The position numbers and the translations under genes are program-made. Shown here piece after piece: positions 1 through 5,295 of a stretch of DNA of 5,295 bases. The stretch is from Fastidiosibacter lacustris (GTDB lineage Bacteria > Pseudomonadota > Gammaproteobacteria > Francisellales > Francisellaceae). The stretch spans positions 1 to 5,295 of the forward strand of contig NZ_QLIR01000035.1 of the NCBI RefSeq assembly GCF_003428155.1. Direction: 5' to 3'. Every line of letters starts with the position of its first letter. Position 1 is the first letter of the stretch. A model generated the notes under the pieces. The model did not search any database, was not told the origin of the DNA, and worked only from the letters and a program-made list of their open reading frames with translations.

Positions 1-25
1 GATGAATTTATTATTAGTATCCAAC

Positions 26-86
26 ATGAGGTTGCTCCTGTTTTTGATTTATTTTGTTTCACGTTTATCAAAACAGGCAACCTCAT
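26..86. repeat. Interrupted inverted repeat / potential stem-loop (arms 26-44 and 70-86, about 25-nt loop), function unknown
   Basis: atgaggttgc (26-35) is the exact reverse complement of gcaacctcat (77-86). After a 2-nt bulge (t36,c37), ctgtttt (38-44) pairs with aaaacag (70-76), giving 17 bp in total. No T-run follows on either strand. Confidence 0.6.
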
Positions 87-96
87 CTAAGTCAAG

Positions 97-1318
97 ATGA
101 ATGTCAGATTATATCTAGACTAATACATATTAGGGGATCAGATTTTAATAGTGGCTTTGCCGCTATTTGCATTATCTATCCCAGGCGTATTGGAGTCTGA
201 GGCAGTACTGCTGCGGTTTGCTTTTTTTCTGCCATTTTTGCTTTTCAGTCTTTTTGCAGGAGCCATAATCGATCGCCTACCGTTAAAACGAGTTATGTTG
301 GTATGCGATAGTATTCAGGCATCAATATTCTTGCTAATCGTTGTTTTGGCATGGTTTAAAATGCTTAGCTTAATACTGTTGTTAGGTTTAGTTTTTATTA
401 GTGGCTGTGTTCTTGTATTCTTTCAAATTGCGTACTCATCCTATCTTCCTGAATTATTTAGCAGTCATAATGACATTCAAAATGGCAATGCTAAGCTATT
501 TTTTTTCGGAATCAAGCGCGCGAGCATTAGGTCCGTTATTGGCAGGTCCATTAATTGCTTTTTTGGGTATTATGCTGACGATTTTTATGAATTGTTTAAC
601 CTTCGTGATTTCCGTACTAACGCTTTTTGCAATTAGGCAAAAATCTGAAGCGCCTAAACGACTGAATCAATCAGAGCAACGCCTCATCAGCGATATTAAA
701 GAGGGGATTTTGTTTATTTTACGTCATAACAAACTTGAACCCGTGATTACTTGTGGCGGTCTGTATGTGTTGTTCCTTAGCATGGTCACAAGTTGTCTTG
801 TTATTTACTGCGATAGAGTATTAAATTTAAGTCCTGTGATGATTGGTGTTGTAGTGGGTTCTGTCGCAATAGGCTTGCCGATTGGAAATCTATTAGCGCC
901 AAAGATGGCTAAAAAGTATGGGAGTTCACAAACGCTTGTGCTTGGTGCTTTTATTTCTGTTTCGGGTATTTTTGGCATTCCTCTGTCAGGTGCCTTTCAT
1001 TCCCCTATATTTTTGATCATTACAGGGATAGTGCACGGCATAGGTGAAGGTCTTTTTGGTCCAACATCCCTAACTTTAAGGCAGTTGGAAACACCTAAAC
1101 AGCTCTTGGGGCGTATTAATTCAGTACAAAGATGCTTGCTATGGGGAATGATTGCAGTTGGTAGCTTATTGAGTTCTTTAGTTATTTATCTATGGGATAT
1201 ATCATCTGCGCTATGGCTTGGTGGAGTTGGCTCAATATTGTGTCTTATCCCACTATTAAGGCGCGGAATTTTACAGGACATTCTCAAACAGGAAAAAGCT
1301 AAATTTAGTGAAAATTAA
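97..1318 (+). pseudogene. MFS transporter (MFS_3 / EntS-like 'transmembrane secretion effector' efflux family), disrupted by a premature stop and a frameshift
   Basis: Track ORFs 151..636 and 401..1318 are the N- and C-terminal halves of one multi-TM protein. Family-like motifs include LGDQILIVALPLF (TM1), FAGAIIDRLPLKRVML and QNGNAKL...SESSARALGPLLAGPLIAFLG. The frames swap inside the T8 run at 499-506: removing one T gives ...NGNAKLFFSESSARALGPLLAGP.... The conserved TM1 motif YILGDQILI lies upstream of the GTG at 151 and is separated from ATG 97 (MNVRLYLD) by an in-frame TAA at 121-123. Confidence 0.65.
499..506 (+). repeat. T8 homopolymer tract at the MFS frameshift point
   Basis: ctaagcta-tttttttt-cgga. 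Frame 1 reads a sensible MFS sequence up to this run, and frame 2 reads a sensible MFS sequence after it. Confidence 0.9.
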
Positions 1319-1329
1319 GAGGTAGAAAC

Positions 1330-2271
1330 ATGAGTTTATCATATGCTGAAGGAATTCAAGAATTTGTTGATCGCTGTAATGCGGCGATGCCAGCTGATTT
1401 TTACAAACTTCCTTTACCGGAACAGCGTCAGTTGTATTTAAATTTAACTAAAGTATTTCCCTATACGGTAAAATCTGGCATTAAAACGCAAGATATCTGT
1501 TTTTCTTCAGAAATACCTCCATTTAGAGTTTACACGCCAAACCATTGTCTTCATCGGGGGCTTATTATCTATATTCGAGGAGGTGGTTTTGTTGTCGGAT
1601 CACTGGAAACTCATCATACGCTAGTTGCTGAACTTGCGCACAAAACAGCTACTCAAGCCATCGCATTAAATTTTAGGATGGCACCTGAGTATAAATTTCC
1701 ATTAGGGCTTAACGATTGCTATGATGCTCTATGTGATATAGTAAAAAATGCCCACGCTTATGGCGTAAATGCCGACAATATTGTCCTATGTGGAGACAGC
1801 TCTGGTGCCAATATGGCCGTCAGTCTTTCGATGATGTGCAGAGATAGAAATGGTCCCAGAATTTCCGCTCAGGTCTTGATCAGTCCCGTACTCGACTTTA
1901 GCAGATGGATGAAAGATGGTAAAGATTCACCGCTTTTGACAGCAGGAGAAATGGAGTACTACGTAGATTGCTATTTAAAAAATAGAGAAGATGTATATCA
2001 CCCTTATGTATCACAACTTCTAAGTGCGAACTTTAATAGCCTACCACCCGCTTACATCATGGGGGCTGAAATGGATCCATTGGTGATCGATGCAGAAAAA
2101 TATGCCAAGCTGTTAAGTGAGCAAGGTATCAAAGTAGAGCTGAATATAGAAAAAGGCTTGGTACATTCTGCAATGCGAGCCCGTGGATTAAGTCAAAGTG
2201 TATCTAAAGCATGGGATAGATTTTGCAATAAATGTGTTGAGTTCTTAGACGAAGGTAGCTGTGATGCCTAA
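1330..2271 (+). CDS. Alpha/beta hydrolase, hormone-sensitive-lipase-like esterase/lipase family (Abhydrolase_3 type)
   Basis: 313-aa ORF. It has an oxyanion-hole motif IRGGGFVVGS (the HGGG box with His replaced by Arg) and a nucleophile elbow GDSSGAN (GDSAG-type, Ser157 at nt 1798-1800). The acid residue is in EMDPLVIDAE and the His in KGLVHSAM, at the expected spacing. A GAGG Shine-Dalgarno lies 7 nt upstream of ATG 1330, and the ATG is 11 nt after the MFS stop. Confidence 0.85.
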   Translation: MSLSYAEGIQEFVDRCNAAMPADFYKLPLPEQRQLYLNLTKVFPYTVKSGIKTQDICFSSEIPPFRVYTPNHCLHRGLIIYIRGGGFVVGSLETHHTLVAELAHKTATQAIALNFRMAPEYKFPLGLNDCYDALCDIVKNAHAYGVNADNIVLCGDSSGANMAVSLSMMCRDRNGPRISAQVLISPVLDFSRWMKDGKDSPLLTAGEMEYYVDCYLKNREDVYHPYVSQLLSANFNSLPPAYIMGAEMDPLVIDAEKYAKLLSEQGIKVELNIEKGLVHSAMRARGLSQSVSKAWDRFCNKCVEFLDEGSCDA

Positions 2272-3499
2272 AAGACCTATAGCTATAATTATCGATCCCT
2301 ACTCATCTGGAGCTTATTACGCGCATGCCTTTGATAAGGCGAACGTTGATGTGGTGGCAGTACAAACGGCAAGGCAACCACCCGAGGTATATGCTGCTTC
2401 GTATAAACCAGAAGAATATAAACAAATATTTGTTTATGAGAACAACCTTGAAGATCTTATTTCTCAATTAAAGTTACTTGATCCACTTTGTGTTGTGGCA
2501 GGATGTGAGTCTGGTGTAGAGTTGGCTGAACAAGTGTGCTCTTTAATTCTACCTCATCTGAGCAATGATCCCAATAGGCATAAGGGTAGAATGATGGACG
2601 CTGTCACCAATGCTGGTATAGCCACAGCAAGGCAATTATGCACCAATGATCAGCAAGCAGTAGCAAACTGGTTGCTTGAAGAAGGATTGAACTCCTCAAG
2701 TTTTGTCATAAAGCCCCCTAAAAGCGCTAGCACTGACAGTGTTTATAAAGTGAATGCAGCAGATAATGACTGGCAAGTCATTTTTAACTCATTGCTCAAC
2801 ACGCATAATCGTTTAGGAATTTTAAATGATCAACTGATTGTTCAAGAATTTATGCAGGGGGTTGAATATGTTGTTGACACAATGAGTTATGTAGGAAAAC
2901 ATACAATATCGAATATCTGTAGATATCAGAAAATTAGAAATGATAAACATATTGCCATGTATGACTATATGGAGTGGCTTCCTTCTGATATTGAGCTATA
3001 TCAAGAACTACAACAATATGCGTATTCTGTTCTAGACGCCTTAGGGATAAAATTTGGTCCTGCTCATATTGAGATCATGCATACTGATAATGGGTTACGC
3101 TTGATTGAAGTTGGAGCGAGGGCTCATGGGGGAGGGCATCCACGCTATAATATGGTTGCTACGGGAGATAGCCAAATTGATCGTACGGTTAGATATTTTT
3201 CAAGGCAGCAACCTGTTTCTGAAACATATGATTTGCTAATCAATATGATGGTTGTATTTTTTGTCTGTATGAGGGAAGGTGTAATAAGCAATGTTGAGCA
3301 TACGGTGGAAAAAATAAAAAGTCTCCCAAGTCATCATCATGTCTCTATTCATGTAAAAGACGGTGATCATGTGGCTGAAACAAAAGACTTATTTGCGACC
3401 TTAGACTTGGGTTTTGTTGTTCTTGCACATCGACAAAAAGAACAACTTTTACAAGATTACAAAGCAATTCGACAAATAGAGCGGGAACTGATTGCATGA
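2264..3499 (+). CDS. ATP-grasp domain ligase (L-amino-acid-ligase / ATP-grasp_4-like carboxylate-amine ligase)
   Basis: About 411 aa. The N-terminal pre-ATP-grasp pattern is IAIIIDPYSSG...VVAGCESGVELAE. ATP-grasp core motifs are FVIKPPKSASTDSVYKV (ATP-binding Lys), LIVQEFMQGVEYVVD (hinge) and GPAHIEIMHTDNGLRLIEVGARAHGGG (Mg/ATP site). ATG 2264 overlaps the hydrolase stop (ATGCCTAA), and GTG 2261 is an alternative start. GAAGG lies at 2251-2255. Confidence 0.85.
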   Translation: MPKRPIAIIIDPYSSGAYYAHAFDKANVDVVAVQTARQPPEVYAASYKPEEYKQIFVYENNLEDLISQLKLLDPLCVVAGCESGVELAEQVCSLILPHLSNDPNRHKGRMMDAVTNAGIATARQLCTNDQQAVANWLLEEGLNSSSFVIKPPKSASTDSVYKVNAADNDWQVIFNSLLNTHNRLGILNDQLIVQEFMQGVEYVVDTMSYVGKHTISNICRYQKIRNDKHIAMYDYMEWLPSDIELYQELQQYAYSVLDALGIKFGPAHIEIMHTDNGLRLIEVGARAHGGGHPRYNMVATGDSQIDRTVRYFSRQQPVSETYDLLINMMVVFFVCMREGVISNVEHTVEKIKSLPSHHHVSIHVKDGDHVAETKDLFATLDLGFVVLAHRQKEQLLQDYKAIRQIERELIA

Positions 3500-3532
3500 A
3501 CACAATAAATGCGATAAGGGGGATAGATTATC

Positions 3533-4246
3533 ATGGAACTATGCGCAAATAACGAAGAGGTGATCAATAAGCAAAGTCTCCAATCAGAAGGTTTTTGTGT
3601 AGTTAAAAATGTTCTAAAACCAGAAACCTGTCTCTTGTTAAGAGAGTTATACGCCAAGGATCAGCACTATCGATCCACCATAGATATGCAAAGGTATAAT
3701 TTCGCGAGGGGGCAGTATCGCTACTTTAATTACCCTTTTCCTGAGATCATCAGTCGTTTAAGGCGATACTTTTACGAAAATCTGGTCGACTGTGCCAACG
3801 AATGGAGTCAAAGACTGTTACATGAAATGAAGTTTCCTGCGGATTTTTACGCATTTGAACAATCACAATATGAAGCCAATCAGGCTAAACCAACCCCATT
3901 AGTTTTAAAGTATCAAGAGGGGGACTATAACTGCTTGCACCAAGACGTCACTTCGGAAAAATATTTCCCCTATCAGATGGTGTTCTTATTAAGCAAGAAG
4001 GATATTGATTTCGCGGGTGGTGAGATTATTCTGGCACAACAGCGTCCTAGAATGCAAACCATTGCACATGTTATCAATATTGATCAGGGAGACGCCTTAA
4101 TCCTATCTTCAAAATATCACCCAACACTAGGTGTGAAAGGTTATTACAAGTCAAACTTTAAGCATGGAGTTGCCAAAATATTACGGGGTGAGCGCTATAG
4201 TTTAGGCATTATTTTTCATAACTATGTCGGAGGAGATGGTGACTAA
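3533..4246 (+). CDS. 2OG-Fe(II) dioxygenase of the ada/alkA-associated family (recalled as Pfam PF09859/DUF2086, a predicted nucleic-acid dealkylating oxygenase)
   Basis: 237 aa. It carries an HxD...H facial triad (NCLHQD, H136/D138; KHGVA, H211) and an RxS 2OG-binding motif (GERYSLG). Family-typical blocks are FARGQYRYFNYPFPE, KPTPLVLKYQEGDYNCLHQD, DFAGGEIIL.QQRPRMQ and SLGIIFHN. An AAGGGGGA Shine-Dalgarno lies at 3516-3523. Confidence 0.8.
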   Translation: MELCANNEEVINKQSLQSEGFCVVKNVLKPETCLLLRELYAKDQHYRSTIDMQRYNFARGQYRYFNYPFPEIISRLRRYFYENLVDCANEWSQRLLHEMKFPADFYAFEQSQYEANQAKPTPLVLKYQEGDYNCLHQDVTSEKYFPYQMVFLLSKKDIDFAGGEIILAQQRPRMQTIAHVINIDQGDALILSSKYHPTLGVKGYYKSNFKHGVAKILRGERYSLGIIFHNYVGGDGD

Positions 4247-5295
4247 AATATACCTGAGCTATTATACCCCATTTGATTGGCATGCCCTTCTAGCTTATTA
4301 CGCAAAGCACAGGATGGGGGAGCTGGAGCATTTTGAACAAGCGTGTTATCGGCGTTTGTTTGTTGATCAAAAAGGAATGCTTAGCCAGGTGATTGTAGCT
4401 AATGAGCCAAACCATAACAGATTGGTCGCTGAAATCAGCACACAATGCCCCGCTTCAATTGAGGAAGTACGATGGCGTTTAATGAATATGTTTGACCTCA
4501 CACACGATCCTGAGCATTTGCAAAAGACATTAGGAAGTACGGACGTCTGTCATAGTTGGCAGTATTTTTATGGGGTGAGAAAAGTAGGGGCTTGGGATCC
4601 ATTTGAACTTGCCATAACGACAATTTTAGGTCAGCTGATCTCTATCAAACAGGCAACAAACTTAACCAAAGCACTTATGGATCATTATGGTGAAAAAGTT
4701 ATTGATCCACACAGTCAAATAGAAGTTTCTCTTTTTCCTAAACTATCCATACTGGTTGAGAACTCGCTAGATTATTTGAAGATTCCGGCTATGAAGAAGA
4801 TGGCTATTGCGGCACTATCCCAAGCCATTTGGCAAAATAAAATTAACTTTTCAGTTAAGCAAGACTTGATAAGTTTCCGTAAACAATTGATGATGATCAA
4901 AGGCATTGGACGTTGGAGCACGGAATATATTGCGCTTAGGGCTCTAGGTGATCAAAATGCGTTTCCTGAAAATGATGTTTTTTTGCAAAAAATGTTGACT
5001 AATGAACATATTGATTGTAGTAAACCCTTTCGCGCTTATATTGCGAGCTATTGCTATATCTATGCGGAAACTATGAAAAATCAGAACTTGGTGAAGATGC
5101 CTACGGTACAACCATTAAAAGTGAATAAGAAAATAAACTTGCACAAGGAGGCTTTTATGCAAATTAACGGTTTTGATGAGGCGATTTACCGCTCCCCGTT
5201 TGGATTAGTGAAATTGCAAGCCAATGATCAATATCTTTTGTTTTGTGAGTGGCTGAACGAATTAACAGAGGAAGTTAAGTCCAATAACAAAGTGT
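4236..5295 (+). CDS. alkA: DNA-3-methyladenine glycosylase II (AlkA). The ORF has no stop in the window and continues in frame into an Ogt-like N-terminal domain (3' partial)
   Basis: This ORF is absent from the supplied track. I translated it codon by codon from 4236 to 5295 and found no stop. The AlkA_N-like N-terminus reads YYTPFDWHALLAYYAKHRMGELEH...YRR and RWRLMNMFDLTHDPEHL. The HhH-GPD core reads GVRKVGAWDPFELAITTILGQLISIKQA, with hairpin MIKGIGRWSTEYIALRALG and catalytic Asp in AFPENDVFL (GAT 4974-4976). The C-terminal block PFRAYIASYCYIY resembles E. coli AlkA PWRSYALLHIWY. ATG 4236 (or GTG 4239, 5 nt after GGAGG 4229-4233) overlaps the oxygenase stop codon. Confidence 0.8.
   Translation, partial: MVTKIYLSYYTPFDWHALLAYYAKHRMGELEHFEQACYRRLFVDQKGMLSQVIVANEPNHNRLVAEISTQCPASIEEVRWRLMNMFDLTHDPEHLQKTLGSTDVCHSWQYFYGVRKVGAWDPFELAITTILGQLISIKQATNLTKALMDHYGEKVIDPHSQIEVSLFPKLSILVENSLDYLKIPAMKKMAIAALSQAIWQNKINFSVKQDLISFRKQLMMIKGIGRWSTEYIALRALGDQNAFPENDVFLQKMLTNEHIDCSKPFRAYIASYCYIYAETMKNQNLVKMPTVQPLKVNKKINLHKEAFMQINGFDEAIYRSPFGLVKLQANDQYLLFCEWLNELTEEVKSNNKV
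5145..5151 (+). promoter_or_regulatory. Strong Shine-Dalgarno (AAGGAGG) inside the open alkA frame, 5 nt upstream of ATG 5157
   Basis: cacAAGGAGGcttttATGcaa. The consensus-strength RBS and its spacing suggest independent or coupled initiation of the ogt-like segment. Confidence 0.55.
5157..5295 (+). CDS. ogt: Methylated-DNA--protein-cysteine methyltransferase (Ogt/MGMT-like), N-terminal domain only, 3' partial. It is in frame with alkA and could be a separate cistron or the C-terminal part of a fusion
   Basis: MQINGFDEAIYRSPFGLVKLQANDQYLLFCEWLNE follows the MGMT N-terminal pattern (x-S/T-P-x-G ... D/N-Q ... L ... EW). Compare E. coli Ogt [25 protein letters not shown]. The active-site PCHRV region would lie beyond the window, so the identity cannot be confirmed here. 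Confidence 0.5.
   Translation, partial: MQINGFDEAIYRSPFGLVKLQANDQYLLFCEWLNELTEEVKSNNKV

Noticed and set aside
44-71. Sigma70-like promoter TTGATT-N16-TATCAA upstream of the MFS gene
   Set aside because: Hexamers this weak occur by chance at high frequency in AT-rich DNA, and there is no supporting UP element or extended -10 to rely on. I did not report it as a feature.
26-90. Rho-independent terminator for an upstream gene
   Set aside because: A stem exists, but the loop is large (about 25 nt), the stem is AT-rich at its top, and no U-tract follows on either strand.
1-90. Frame-1 open stretch DEFIISIQHEVAPVFDLFCFTFIKTGNLI* as the C-terminus of an upstream + strand gene
   Set aside because: It is only 29 codons with no recognisable motif, and it is fully occupied by the inverted repeat. 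It cannot be supported from this window.
499-506. Programmed ribosomal frameshift or designed phase-variation switch at the T8 run
   Set aside because: Restoring the frame needs a +1 ribosomal shift (or loss of one T from the T8 run). There is no obvious stimulatory structure or rare-codon context. A second independent lesion (TAA 121-123) in the same gene makes simple pseudogenisation or a homopolymer sequencing error more likely. Phase variation cannot be fully excluded.
507-636. C-terminal tail of track ORF 151..636 (GIKRASIRSVIGRSINCFFGYYADDFYELFNLRDFRTNAFCN) as real protein
   Set aside because: It has no membrane-protein character. Over the same nucleotides the overlapping frame encodes canonical MFS sequence (SESSARALGPLLAGPLIAFLG...). 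The tail is out-of-frame read-through after the T8 slip.
3457-3657. 66-aa minus-strand ORF from the track
   Set aside because: It lies antisense across the 3' end of the ATP-grasp gene and the 5' end of the dioxygenase gene, both of which have strong family motifs. It has no recognisable motif or RBS, and its composition is typical of an antisense shadow ORF.
5070-5156. Intergenic spacer between separate alkA and ogt genes
   Set aside because: I checked every codon in the alkA frame across this stretch and found no stop, so as sequenced it is coding linker rather than a spacer. It is kept as a caveat because a 1-nt homopolymer error at 5076-5080 would recreate a spacer.
1-5295. Mobile elements, CRISPR repeats, tRNA/rRNA or tandem repeats
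   Set aside because: I found no transposase or integrase-like ORF, no terminal inverted repeats flanking a block, no regularly spaced direct repeats and no cloverleaf-like or rRNA-like segments on visual inspection. Almost the whole window is accounted for by protein-coding sequence.

Overview
AT-rich window, roughly 38-40% GC by eye, with a codon style like a Legionella/Coxiella-type gammaproteobacterium (a guess only). All supportable genes lie on the + strand in one tightly packed array. The order is: (1) a disrupted MFS_3/EntS-like efflux transporter, with an in-frame TAA at 121-123 and a frameshift in a T8 run at 499-506, which explains why the ORF track shows two overlapping ORFs. (2) An HSL-family alpha/beta hydrolase. 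(3) An ATP-grasp ligase of the L-amino-acid-ligase type, whose start overlaps the hydrolase stop. (4) A 2OG-Fe(II) dioxygenase of the poorly characterised family usually found beside ada/alkA genes. (5) An AlkA DNA-3-methyladenine glycosylase II ORF that is missing from the supplied ORF track because it has no stop codon in the window. (6) In the same frame with no intervening stop, the N-terminal domain of an Ogt/MGMT-like O6-alkylguanine methyltransferase. This domain has its own strong AAGGAGG Shine-Dalgarno and ATG and runs off the 3' edge. The window therefore joins a small ligase/hydrolase/exporter cassette to an alkylation-damage repair module, apparently as one operon. The upstream leader (1-96) carries a 17-bp interrupted inverted repeat. 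I saw no tRNA, rRNA, CRISPR array, transposase or IS ends. All family calls rest on motif recognition by eye, since no searches could be run.
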